Source: Acutalibacteraceae bacterium
Lineage (GTDB): Bacteria > Bacillota_I > Bacilli_A > Erysipelotrichales > Erysipelotrichaceae
Direction of reading: 5' to 3'
Length of the DNA stretch: 37,545 nucleotides
Assembly (NCBI GenBank): GCA_963628775.1
Contig: CAVGFC010000044.1
Location: forward strand, 1 to 37,545
In this document: in pieces, positions 10,418 through 19,397 of the stretch
Numbering within the stretch: the stretch's first letter is position 1
Layout of the letters: each line of letters begins with the position of its first letter
Notes under the pieces: generated by a model
What the model saw: only the letters and a program-made list of their open reading frames with translations
Database searches by the model: none
What the model was told of the DNA's origin: nothing
Made by a program: the position numbers and the translations under genes

Positions 10418-12074
10418 ATATGAAGTAATAAAAGAAATAGGAAAGGGTGGCATGGCTAATGTTTATTTAGCTTTTGATACCATTTTAAATAGACAGGTCG
10501 CTATCAAGATATTAAAAGGTGATATGGCAAATGATCCTGTTTCTTTAGAACGCTTTAAAAGAGAAGCTAATACATATACTAAATTATTCCATCCAAATGC
10601 TGTTGATGTTTATGATGTAGGCCAAGAAGGCAATATGCACTATATTGTCATGGAATATGTTAAGGGCCATACTTTAAAACAATTGATTAAAAGAAGAGGT
10701 GCCTTGCCTGCTAAGGAAGCTGTTTGGATTATGAAACAACTTACTAGCGCTTTATTGGAAGCTCATAAAAATGGCATAATCCACAGAGACATCAAGAGTC
10801 AAAATGTTTTAATTAAAGATGATGGCACTGTCAAATTAGCAGATTTTGGTATTGCGGTATTAAATAATGCGATGCAACTAACTTCTAAGGGCTCAATTCT
10901 TGGCTCTGTCCATTATTTAGCACCAGAGATTGCTAAGGGTGGACAAGCTAGTATGCAATCAGATATCTATTCTTTAGGTATTGTTTTCTATGAGCTTTTA
11001 ACAGGTGATGTTCCTTTTAAAGGTGATACACCAGTTAAAGTTGCTTTAGAACATATTAATAAAGATGTTCCAAGGGTTCGTAAATTTAATCCTGATATTC
11101 CTGTAAGTGTTGAAAATATTGTTGTTAAAGCTACTGCTAGAAATACTTTAGAAAGATATGATAATGCAGCTATTATGCTTAAGGACTTAAATAGATGTTT
11201 AAGTAAAGAAGCTAAAAATGATAAGCCTTTAGTATTGACTAAGAGTAATGAAATATCTCTTAAAAATAAGGAATTAGATAAAAAGGAAGTTAAAAAAGAA
11301 AAGAAATCCAATGCGCTAAGCGCTGTCTTTATTGGCGCTCTTTCTTTACTTTCAATTGCGGCAATCTTTTTTATCTTATTTTTAACTGGTGTTATCGGTA
11401 ATAGATCTAAAAATGTAACTGTCCCTTCAATTGAGGGTTTAACTTTAACGGTTGCTGAAGATGTTTTAAATCCTTTGGGCCTAACGATTGATAGTGCTAA
11501 TATAAAATGGGTTATGACTGATGATGTTAAGGCTAATGTTATTGTTTCTAGTAATCCAAAAGAGGGTACTACCGTAGAAAAGGGTACCAAAATTGTGGTT
11601 ACGGTATCAGAGGGTACTTATTCAATACTTTCAAATTATGTTGGTAAAAATATTGATGTTGCCCTTACTGAACTAAAGGCCAATAATTTTAATGTAACAA
11701 CGCGTGCTGTAGAATCTGATAGCGAGGAAGAAGGAACGATTATAAGTCAAAGCTTAGAAGCTGGTTATAAATATAATAAAGATACCGTTAATGAGATTAC
11801 TTTAACTTATGCAACCAAGAGTTCTTATATGATTCCTTTTACCATACTTGGCAGAAATGTTGATGATGTGGCAAATGAACTTAAGGCTTTAAATTTTAGC
11901 GTTAGTTTAGATGAAGTAGCTGCTGATTCTTTAACCGATAGTCAAAAGAATTATAGTGAGAAATGTGATAGTGGACGTTGTGTTGTTTCAAGTAATCCAA
12001 GTCCTGGCACCTTATATACTCAAAGTAGTGATTCTGTTATTCATCTTTTATACTATACAAAGAAAGAAGGTTGA
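10401..12074 (+). CDS. pknB: Ser/Thr protein kinase with three extracellular PASTA repeats (PknB/PrkC)
   Basis: Kinase motifs GKGGMANVY, AIKIL, HRDIKSQN, DFGIA and APE. One TM segment (ALSAVFIGALSLLSIAAIFFILFL), then three roughly 65-aa PASTA-like repeats. ATG 10401 is preferred over the track start 10386. Confidence 0.92.
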   Translation: MKIANRYEVIKEIGKGGMANVYLAFDTILNRQVAIKILKGDMANDPVSLERFKREANTYTKLFHPNAVDVYDVGQEGNMHYIVMEYVKGHTLKQLIKRRGALPAKEAVWIMKQLTSALLEAHKNGIIHRDIKSQNVLIKDDGTVKLADFGIAVLNNAMQLTSKGSILGSVHYLAPEIAKGGQASMQSDIYSLGIVFYELLTGDVPFKGDTPVKVALEHINKDVPRVRKFNPDIPVSVENIVVKATARNTLERYDNAAIMLKDLNRCLSKEAKNDKPLVLTKSNEISLKNKELDKKEVKKEKKSNALSAVFIGALSLLSIAAIFFILFLTGVIGNRSKNVTVPSIEGLTLTVAEDVLNPLGLTIDSANIKWVMTDDVKANVIVSSNPKEGTTVEKGTKIVVTVSEGTYSILSNYVGKNIDVALTELKANNFNVTTRAVESDSEEEGTIISQSLEAGYKYNKDTVNEITLTYATKSSYMIPFTILGRNVDDVANELKALNFSVSLDEVAADSLTDSQKNYSEKCDSGRCVVSSNPSPGTLYTQSSDSVIHLLYYTKKEG

Positions 12075-12076
12075 TT

Positions 12077-12721
12077 ATGATATTAGCTCCCTCAATTTTA
12101 TCTTTAGATTATACTAAATTTTTAGAACAATTAAGTGTTATTAATGATAATTGTAAATGGATACATTTTGATGTAATGGATGGTCATTTTGTACCCAATA
12201 TTAGTTTTGGTCCTGATATTTTTAAGGCTTTTAGAACTAATTCTTCTTTATATATGGATGTGCATCTAATGGTAAGTAATCCCAAAAAAATAGGTGATAT
12301 GTTTATTAAAGCAGGGGCCGATGGTATTACATTTCATTTTGAAGCTGTCGATAATATTTATGATTGTTTAGATACGATAGCTTATTTTAAGAGTAAACAT
12401 GTAAAAGTTGGCATTTCTATTAAACCTGATACCGATGTACAAATGTTAGCTCCTGTATTAAAATATGTTGATTTAGTACTTGTGATGTCAGTTGAACCTG
12501 GCTTTGGTGGTCAAAAGTTTATGGAATCTGCTTTGGATAAGATTAAATATTTAGATGCTTATAGGAAGTATAATGAATTGTCTTATTTAATTGAAGTTGA
12601 TGGTGGTATCAATGATAAAAATATCTACAAGGTAAAAGAGGCAGGATGTGATGTTGCGGTTGCCGGTAGCTTTATTTTTAAAGGTGATATCGAAGCTAAT
12701 ATTAAAAGTGTATCTTTATAA
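12077..12721 (+). CDS. rpe: Ribulose-phosphate 3-epimerase
   Basis: Motifs HFDVMDGHFVPN, VMSVEPGFGGQKF and EVDGGI. ATG 12077 lies 7 nt after GAAGG. The track start 12071 is a TTG overlapping the pknB stop. Confidence 0.93.
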   Translation: MILAPSILSLDYTKFLEQLSVINDNCKWIHFDVMDGHFVPNISFGPDIFKAFRTNSSLYMDVHLMVSNPKKIGDMFIKAGADGITFHFEAVDNIYDCLDTIAYFKSKHVKVGISIKPDTDVQMLAPVLKYVDLVLVMSVEPGFGGQKFMESALDKIKYLDAYRKYNELSYLIEVDGGINDKNIYKVKEAGCDVAVAGSFIFKGDIEANIKSVSL

Positions 12722-12725
12722 ATAT

Positions 12726-12751
12726 AAAAAAAGAATCCGTATGGATTCTTT
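12726..12751. terminator. Bidirectional intrinsic terminator between convergent rpe and rpmB
   Basis: AAGAATCC-gtat-GGATTCTT, flanked by an A-run on the + strand (a U-run for the minus-strand rpmB transcript). Confidence 0.7.
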
Positions 12752-12753
12752 AA

Positions 12754-12948
12754 TTATGCTGCTTTAGCTTGTGCTTTTAGGCTTCTTAATGCACGGGCTG
12801 AAACTTTAACCTTCTTAGGTTTGCCGTCTACCATAATCGTTGCATTTTGAAGATTAACATTCCATTTACGGCGTGTAGCGCGAAGTGAATGTGAACGATT
12901 GTTTCCAGAAAGTGGACCCTTACCAGAAATTTCGCATACTCTTGACAT
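12754..12948 (-). CDS. rpmB: 50S ribosomal protein L28
   Basis: [34 protein letters not shown]... is canonical L28. SD GGGAGG lies 7 nt upstream of ATG at 12948. The 85-aa track ORF is a spurious 5' extension. Confidence 0.93.
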   Translation of the reverse strand: MSRVCEISGKGPLSGNNRSHSLRATRRKWNVNLQNATIMVDGKPKKVKVSARALRSLKAQAKAA

Positions 12949-12982
12949 AATACAGCCTCCCTTCAATAAACATTGCTTATTT

Positions 12983-13011
12983 AATTTACCACACTTGTTT
13001 TTCAATTGCAA
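12983..13011 (-). promoter_or_regulatory. Possible sigma-A type promoter for rpmB
   Basis: On the minus strand: TTGCAA (13011-13006), a 17-nt spacer, then TAAATT (12988-12983) preceded by TGg. The -10 is weak. Confidence 0.3.
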
Positions 13012-13052
13012 GATTTAATCCTTGTTTGTTAAAAAAAATAATATATTTATTG

Positions 13053-13058
13053 TATAAT
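13053..13058 (+). promoter_or_regulatory. -10 box (TATAAT) 7 nt upstream of the ftsA ATG; candidate leaderless promoter
   Basis: Sequence is tgTATAAT-ctagaat-ATG, with no SD. Confidence 0.4.
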
Positions 13059-13065
13059 CTAGAAT

Positions 13066-14322
13066 ATGAACAATGTTAAACAAGTATATGCTACTTTAAA
13101 ATTAGATGATGATAAGATAGAAATTCTTCTAGCTGAGTTCTATAACACACGTTTTAATATAATTTGTACATATTCTTCTAATATTAGAGGCATTTCTGAT
13201 TATGAAGTAGTTGATAAATCTGCTTTAGTCGCTGATATTAAACAAGCTGTTAAATATGTTTCTAAGAAAGTTGGGGCAAGTCTTGAAAAAATAATTCTAG
13301 TTTTGCCACCATATCGGTTTAAAAGAACTTCTTTAAAAGTTTCGATTATTCCAAGTGATGGTTATATTAAAAAGAAGGATATTGCTAGGGCCATTACTAA
13401 TTCTTTAAAAACAGAAATTGATGATGACTTGTTAGTTATTAATACCCATATTTCCAAATATACTATAAATGGTATATCTACAAGAAGACTTCCTGAAAAT
13501 GAAAGTTGTGATGAAGCTTATATTGATATTGACTTATTGTGTGCTGATAAGAATATGGCTTATAGTTATGTAGAAGCTATATCCTCAGCAGGACTTGAAA
13601 TATTGGATTTGGTTTTATCTAATTATGCAATCGCTAAAGAAAGTGTTGCGCTTGAGAATTCTATTAACCAAAATATTATCTTACTTGATATAAATGATTC
13701 AAGGACTTATCTAAGTTTGATTTATAAAACTAAGCTACTTAGTTCAGAGATTATCTATAGCGGTCTAAAACAATTCTCAGATCCAGTATGTAATGTTTAT
13801 CATTTGCCTAAGAATATTGTAAATAGACTTGTTAAGTATAATGTAGATTATAATTCGCCACATTTAAATGATGCGATATATGCTTGGAATGATGGTGATC
13901 AAAATAAGTCAATTAGAATATGTGATTTAAATGAAATTGTTAAGGAACCATTAACAACTTATATTGATAAGTTGGCTAGTATGTGTAATCCAATTCTTGA
14001 AAAAGGTGGGTCTTTCTTACTAAGTGGACAAGCTTCGGATATGGGTGCTATTTCTACTTTGTTAAAGGAAAAAACCAATGTAGAAGTTAAAAACTATTAT
14101 CCTGATATTATTGGTGCTAGAAAAGCTGAATTATGTGCTGTCTTTGGTGCTTTATTTGTTTATAGAGAAAAAGCTAATCTAAATGATTTAAGTGTAAATT
14201 GTGTTAATATAGCGGAGTATGATAAAACCGTTGATCAAATTGAACTTGATGTTGAGGGCGAGTCAATTACTTCTAAGATAAAAAATTTATTTGAAATGTA
14301 TAAGGAAAGTGAGGATAAATAA
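13066..14322 (+). CDS. ftsA: Divergent cell-division protein FtsA (actin/Hsp70 fold)
   Basis: 418 aa, immediately upstream of ftsZ with no gap. Collinear with FtsA (LLDINDSRTYLSLI aligns to DIGGGTT, and LLSGQASDMGAI to TGGxAxxxG). C-terminal amphipathic segment SKIKNLFEMY. Confidence 0.75.
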   Translation: MNNVKQVYATLKLDDDKIEILLAEFYNTRFNIICTYSSNIRGISDYEVVDKSALVADIKQAVKYVSKKVGASLEKIILVLPPYRFKRTSLKVSIIPSDGYIKKKDIARAITNSLKTEIDDDLLVINTHISKYTINGISTRRLPENESCDEAYIDIDLLCADKNMAYSYVEAISSAGLEILDLVLSNYAIAKESVALENSINQNIILLDINDSRTYLSLIYKTKLLSSEIIYSGLKQFSDPVCNVYHLPKNIVNRLVKYNVDYNSPHLNDAIYAWNDGDQNKSIRICDLNEIVKEPLTTYIDKLASMCNPILEKGGSFLLSGQASDMGAISTLLKEKTNVEVKNYYPDIIGARKAELCAVFGALFVYREKANLNDLSVNCVNIAEYDKTVDQIELDVEGESITSKIKNLFEMYKESEDK

Positions 14323-15405
14323 ATGACTACAAAACCAGAATATAATCAAGTAGTTAGAATAAAGGTATTTGGTGTTGGTGGTGCTGGTTGTAACGCTGTT
14401 AATCGTATGGTTAATGATGGTGTTAAAGGTGTTGAATTTTATGTATGTAATACAGATCTTCAATGCTTAAATATGTCAAAGTGCCAAAACAAGATTGTGC
14501 TTGGTAAAAGTACTACAAAGGGACTAGGAGCTGGTTCTAATCCTGAAGTTGGCGCTAAGGCTGCAAGTGAGAGTGAAGAAGAAATTAGAAAGTGCCTTGC
14601 AGGTGCTGATATGGTATTCATTACATGTGGTGAAGGTGGTGGCACAGGTACTGGTGGCGCTCCAGTTATCGCAAGACTTGCTAAAGAATCTGGTGCTTTA
14701 ACTGTTGGTGTTGTTACTACGCCATTTAAGTTTGAAGGCAGAAGAAGAAATGATCAAGCCCAAGTTGGCTTAGAGAATTTAAAGGAATATATTGATTCTT
14801 TAATCATTGTTTCTAATGATAAGTTATTAAGTGTTATCGGTAAGATTCCAATGGAAGATGCCTTTAAAGAGGCTGATAATGTCTTAAGACAAGGCGTACA
14901 AACAATCACTGATTTAATTGCAGTTCCAGCTTATATTAATCTAGACTTCGCTGATGTTAAGACTGTAATGCAGGGCAAGGGTACTGCTTTAATTGGTATT
15001 GGTATGGCTAATGGTGAAAACAAGGCTAAGGAAGCAGCTGCTAAGGCTATTAAGTCTCCTTTACTTGAAGCTCAAATCAAGGGTGCTAAATCAGCTATCA
15101 TCAATATAACTGGTGGTCGTGATATTTCTGTATATGATGCTCAAGTTGCTATTGACTATATCAAGGAAGCTGCTGGTAATGATATTGATACTATTTTTGG
15201 TGTAGCTATGAACGATCAACTTGGTGAGAATATTATTGTTACAGTAATTGCGACTGGTTTTGAACTTCCAAATACGCCAACTACTGCTCAAAATACAACT
15301 ACTTATGTTAATACTGCACCTGTAGTGGAAAATAAGAAAAGTGAAGAAGTTAATATTATAGATGATGACGATGATGTTCCTTCTTTCTTTAAGACTAGGG
15401 TATAG
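14323..15405 (+). CDS. ftsZ: Cell-division GTPase FtsZ
   Basis: Contains [15 protein letters not shown] and the tubulin signature [10 protein letters not shown], plus the C-terminal peptide [13 protein letters not shown]. Confidence 0.97.
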   Translation: MTTKPEYNQVVRIKVFGVGGAGCNAVNRMVNDGVKGVEFYVCNTDLQCLNMSKCQNKIVLGKSTTKGLGAGSNPEVGAKAASESEEEIRKCLAGADMVFITCGEGGGTGTGGAPVIARLAKESGALTVGVVTTPFKFEGRRRNDQAQVGLENLKEYIDSLIIVSNDKLLSVIGKIPMEDAFKEADNVLRQGVQTITDLIAVPAYINLDFADVKTVMQGKGTALIGIGMANGENKAKEAAAKAIKSPLLEAQIKGAKSAIINITGGRDISVYDAQVAIDYIKEAAGNDIDTIFGVAMNDQLGENIIVTVIATGFELPNTPTTAQNTTTYVNTAPVVENKKSEEVNIIDDDDDVPSFFKTRV

Positions 15406-15407
15406 TA

Positions 15408-16118
15408 ATGGGTAATTTAGCTGACTTACATACGCATTCTTTATTTTCAAGGCATGCTTATAGTTCAGTTACCGAAAATATAGAAGAGGCCTTTAATAAA
15501 GGCCTTAAATTTTATGGTATAACTGATCATCAACATGATAGATTTAATTTTGGTGCCAATAGACACAACTTTACTAATATGGCTGTTATTCCTGATGATT
15601 ATAAGGGTATGCATATTTTTAAGGGCGTAGAATTAAATGTTGGTGAATATTTAAAAGATTTTATTGATTTTTATACTAGAAATTGTGATTATGCTGTGGC
15701 ATCTATTCATACTTATGATCATGGTCATAATCATACTTCAAAAGAAAATACAGATTTTTATTTAGAAGCTGTTTCTTATCCTTTAGTAAAGATATTAGGC
15801 CATATTGATGATGGCAATCATCCATGTGATTTTTTAGAAGTTATAAAGGCTTGTAAGGCTAATAAGGTCTTTGTTGAATTAAATAATTCTAGCTTTAGAG
15901 GTAATTACCGTACTAATACTTTAGAGAATCAAAGTGAAATGATAAGAATCTGTAAAGAAATTAAGTGTCCTGTCATCATAAATTCTGATGCCCATATTAA
16001 ATATGATATTGGCTCATGGAATAATAGTTATGACTTAGCTAAAGAATTAGGCTTAGATGATAGTCTAATCGCAAATGTAAATACATCATTAATTGATGAA
16101 TATTTCAATATTTGTTAA
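15408..16118 (+). CDS. PHP-domain metal-dependent phosphoesterase (YcdX-like)
   Basis: The N-terminal DLHTHSLFSRHAYS...GITDHQ resembles E. coli YcdX. Further His-rich motifs are present (SIHTYDHGH, GHIDD, NSDAH). Confidence 0.75.
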   Translation: MGNLADLHTHSLFSRHAYSSVTENIEEAFNKGLKFYGITDHQHDRFNFGANRHNFTNMAVIPDDYKGMHIFKGVELNVGEYLKDFIDFYTRNCDYAVASIHTYDHGHNHTSKENTDFYLEAVSYPLVKILGHIDDGNHPCDFLEVIKACKANKVFVELNNSSFRGNYRTNTLENQSEMIRICKEIKCPVIINSDAHIKYDIGSWNNSYDLAKELGLDDSLIANVNTSLIDEYFNIC

Positions 16119-16195
16119 TATATATACATTGACGAAAGGGAGAGTATTTAAATTGGAAGTTCCTTTATCCACTAACGCTCTTATAGGAGCGAAAT

Positions 16196-17452
16196 ATGAA
16201 TAACACAATAATTGTTTTAATTATCCTTGTTTTCTTGAGTGCTTGTTTTAGTGCTACAGAAACAGCTTTTTCTAGTCTTAATAAAATAAGACTAAAAAAT
16301 ATGGCAAATAATGGCGATAAGAAGGCCGAAAAGACTTTAGAGCTTGCTGAAGAATTTAATTCTTTATTGAGTACCATTTTAATAGGCAATAATATTGTCA
16401 ATATCGCATCTTCTTCTATCGCTACTGTTTTATTTGTTGCGATGTTTAAAGAAAATGGTGCCTTGATATCAACTGTTATTATGACGGTTACTATTTTAAT
16501 ATTTGGTGAAATAACACCTAAATCTATTGCTAAGGCTCATCCTGAACAATTTGCGATGTTTTTTACGCCATTTATTTCAATATTAGTTACTTTATTTAAG
16601 CCTTTAACATTTCTATTTAATGGTTTAGCTTATTTAATTTCTAAATTATTTAAATCTGAAGAAAGTGATGAATTTAGAAGTGAAGAATTTATCACAATGG
16701 TTGAAGAAGCCCAAGAGGGTGGCAACATGAATGAAGATGAAGCTGATTTAATCACCAACGCTATCGAATTCAACGACCAAGAAGTTGGTAAAGTATATAC
16801 ACCAAGAGTTGATATGGTTGCCAATGATATAAATGATTCATTAGATGAAATTGATAAGAACTTTAGAGAATCAGGCTTTTCACGTTTACCAATCTATAGT
16901 GGCACAGTTGATAATGTTATTGGCATACTACATGAAAAGGATTTCTATTTCCATTACTATAAAGATAGTGCTACTTCAATTGAACAAATTTTGACAAAGC
17001 CTGTCTTTACTACTGAGCATTTAAAGATTAGCGCGCTTTTAAAACAACTTCAAAAATGTAAATCACATATGGCCATCGTTATTGATGAATATGGTGGTAC
17101 TCTAGGTATTATTACAATGGAAGATGTGTTAGAAGAAATAGTAGGTGAAATATATGATGAACATGATGAAGTCATTGAATATTTTAAAAAGCTAGATGAT
17201 AAGTCTTATCTTGTAAATTGCGATGCTGATATTGAAGATATGTTTGAATACTTTGATATTGTTCCAGATGAAGAGTATGAATTTAATACTGTTGCAGGCT
17301 GGGTTATCTTTAATATGGATAAGATTCCTCTTATCAACGATAAATTTACTTATAAGAATTTAGATGTGACTGTCGTAGATGCTGATGAAAAGACAGTTAA
17401 TGAAATTAAGGTTATTGTTAATCCTCAAGAAAGTGATGAAGATAAAAGTTAA
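16196..17452 (+). CDS. CNNM/CorC/TlyC-family transporter (DUF21 TM domain + CBS pair + CorC_HlyC)
   Basis: Four N-terminal TM helices with the SATETAF motif and GEITPKSIA, a CBS pair region (VYTPRVDMV...IVIDEYGGTLGIITMEDVLEEIVGEI) and a C-terminal transporter-associated domain. SD AGGAG at 16185-16189. Confidence 0.85.
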   Translation: MNNTIIVLIILVFLSACFSATETAFSSLNKIRLKNMANNGDKKAEKTLELAEEFNSLLSTILIGNNIVNIASSSIATVLFVAMFKENGALISTVIMTVTILIFGEITPKSIAKAHPEQFAMFFTPFISILVTLFKPLTFLFNGLAYLISKLFKSEESDEFRSEEFITMVEEAQEGGNMNEDEADLITNAIEFNDQEVGKVYTPRVDMVANDINDSLDEIDKNFRESGFSRLPIYSGTVDNVIGILHEKDFYFHYYKDSATSIEQILTKPVFTTEHLKISALLKQLQKCKSHMAIVIDEYGGTLGIITMEDVLEEIVGEIYDEHDEVIEYFKKLDDKSYLVNCDADIEDMFEYFDIVPDEEYEFNTVAGWVIFNMDKIPLINDKFTYKNLDVTVVDADEKTVNEIKVIVNPQESDEDKS

Positions 17453-18141
17453 TGCAACAATTCTTTTATGATGAACCCTTATCTTTATTAAATAGTTATC
17501 CATTAAATAGTGATATCAACTATCAATTAAAAAAGGTATTAAGGGTTAATGATGGCTATGAATTTAGATTAGTTGATTGTAATCAAAATGTTTTTTTGTG
17601 TTCATATAATGATGGACTTGCTTATGTAAAAGAAAAACTTGATGAATATAATGAACTACATACCGATATAACTGTTATTCTTGCCTTAATTAAAAATGAT
17701 AAGTTTGATTTTGCGGTTCAAAAACTTACTGAGCTAGGTGTTAATAGAATTGTTCCCTATATTGCGAAAAGATCTGTTGTTAAACCTGGCAAAGGGAATA
17801 ATAAGCTAGATAGAATTAAAAAAATTGCCAAAGAAGCAAGCGAACAGAGCCACCGCAATAAGGTTCCAGAAATTTGCGATTATGCTACTTTTAAAGATCT
17901 TAAGAATTATATGAGTGATTTAAATCTTTTAGCTTATGAAAAAGAAACTAAAACTTTAAAAGAGTTAAAGAATTATAAGTCTATTACTTATATTATTGGC
18001 CCAGAGGGTGGGTTTGAACCCAAAGAGGTAGAAGATATTATAAATTTAGGTTTTGATTCAATATCTTTAGGCAAAAGAATACTAAGAGCTGAGACTGCTT
18101 CTATTTTTTTAGCAAGTCTAATTGCGGGTAATGAATTATGA
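17452..18141 (+). CDS. rsmE: 16S rRNA (uracil1498-N3) methyltransferase RsmE
   Basis: 229 aa with the IIGPEGGFEPKEV and LGKRILRAETA C-terminal SPOUT motifs. TAATG overlap with the upstream stop. Confidence 0.85.
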   Translation: MQQFFYDEPLSLLNSYPLNSDINYQLKKVLRVNDGYEFRLVDCNQNVFLCSYNDGLAYVKEKLDEYNELHTDITVILALIKNDKFDFAVQKLTELGVNRIVPYIAKRSVVKPGKGNNKLDRIKKIAKEASEQSHRNKVPEICDYATFKDLKNYMSDLNLLAYEKETKTLKELKNYKSITYIIGPEGGFEPKEVEDIINLGFDSISLGKRILRAETASIFLASLIAGNEL

Positions 18142-19397
18142 GAAGTTTTGCGATGATGATATTAGGTTGCAAGGTCAATGACTATGAGGCAACCGTTTTA
18201 AAAAATAAATTATTAGAAAATGGATATAAGGAAGTTTCTTTTAAAGAAAAGGCTGATATTTATATCATTTTTACATGTTGTGTTACCAATACTGCTGAAT
18301 CTAAAACAAGAAAAATGGTGCATCGTGCAAGAAATACTAATCCTGATGCTTATGTTGTTGCGGTAGGATGCCTTGTGCAAATTAAGGGTGATTCTTATGA
18401 TTTTGATGCAGCTGATTTAATTGTGGGCTCTAAAGATAAAGATAAGCTATTTGATTTAATTGATAAGAATGTTAAGACTAAAGTTGTTTCACCATTAAAT
18501 AATGACTTTAATAATTTAACGCTAGAATCTTATCCTGGTAAATCTAGAGCCTTTTTAAAGATACAAGATGGCTGTAACCAATTTTGTGCCTATTGTATTA
18601 TTCCTTATGCAAGAGGAAGGGAAACTAGTGGAAGACATGAAGATATCATTAAACAAGCTAAAATTTTAGCTAAAACAAGTAAAGAATTAGTTCTTGTTGG
18701 TATTCATACTGGTAGATATTTTGATGGCGAATATCATTTATATGATTTATTAAAGGACTTGTGTCAAATTGAAGAGCTTGAAACAATTAGATTATCATCT
18801 ATTGAAGTTACTGAAATTAATGATGATATTATTGATTTAATGCTTAAAAGTAATAAGCTAGCTCATCACTTGCATATTCCAATACAATCAGCTTCTGATG
18901 AAATCTTAAAAAGTATGCATAGGCCTTATACCATTAAGGAATATAAGGATAGAATAGCTTATATTAGAAATAAGATTAATGATATTTCTATTTCAACTGA
19001 TTTAATTGTTGGTTTTCCAGGTGAAAGTGAAGATTTATTTAATGAGACTATTGATAATTTAAAAGACATTGAATTTTCTTTTATTCATGTTTTTCCTTAT
19101 GCTAGAAAAACAGGTACTCTTGCTGATAAATTAGATGGGCATATCGATGAGAAAATAAAGAAGGAAAGACTATATAAGGTAGAGGATATACAAAAGCCTT
19201 TAACTTTAAAATTCATCAATCAGTTTAAGGGCCATACATTAAAAATGTTAGTTGAAAGAAAAGATGAAGACTTTATCTATGGTTATACTAAACAATATTT
19301 TTATCTAAAAGCTAAAGGCATAGCTAATATAGGCGATGTTGTTGATGTAGTTATTGATGAAGTAGTTAATGATGAGGTATTAGGACATGTTTCTTGA
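18138..19397 (+). CDS. mtaB: tRNA methylthiotransferase MtaB (radical SAM, UPF0004 + TRAM)
   Basis: LGCKVNDYE N-terminal domain, CNQFCAYCIIPYARG radical-SAM motif and a C-terminal TRAM-like region. The rsmE-mtaB order matches Bacillus yqeU-yqeV. Confidence 0.85.
   Translation: MRSFAMMILGCKVNDYEATVLKNKLLENGYKEVSFKEKADIYIIFTCCVTNTAESKTRKMVHRARNTNPDAYVVAVGCLVQIKGDSYDFDAADLIVGSKDKDKLFDLIDKNVKTKVVSPLNNDFNNLTLESYPGKSRAFLKIQDGCNQFCAYCIIPYARGRETSGRHEDIIKQAKILAKTSKELVLVGIHTGRYFDGEYHLYDLLKDLCQIEELETIRLSSIEVTEINDDIIDLMLKSNKLAHHLHIPIQSASDEILKSMHRPYTIKEYKDRIAYIRNKINDISISTDLIVGFPGESEDLFNETIDNLKDIEFSFIHVFPYARKTGTLADKLDGHIDEKIKKERLYKVEDIQKPLTLKFINQFKGHTLKMLVERKDEDFIYGYTKQYFYLKAKGIANIGDVVDVVIDEVVNDEVLGHVS

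Noticed and set aside
10988-11590. A 200-aa minus-strand ORF inside pknB
   Set aside because: This is an antisense shadow of the kinase/PASTA coding region. The translation is a Ser/Leu/Thr/Lys-rich string with no recognisable motif. Its length is explained by the scarcity of stop codons in the frame opposite to a Lys/Glu-rich sense frame.
14460-15450. Minus-strand ORFs 14460..14645 and 15091..15450, opposite ftsZ and the PHP gene
   Set aside because: They are antisense to FtsZ, the most conserved protein in the window. The first is the Pro/Ser-rich mirror of the Gly-rich GGGTGTGG region. No initiation signals are present.
16119-16195. A known riboswitch class upstream of the CNNM gene (M-box, guanidine-II because of two ACG[AC] tetramers, or Mn yybP-ykoY)
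   Set aside because: The region is far too short for an M-box or yybP-ykoY. The ACGA and ACGC tetramers are not presented in hairpin loops as guanidine-II requires. Only a weak SD-overlapping hairpin remains, reported as a low-interest finding.
16165-16824. Minus-strand ORFs 16165..16401 and 16630..16824, opposite the CNNM transporter
   Set aside because: They are shadow ORFs within a well-supported + strand gene, with no family resemblance and no SD.
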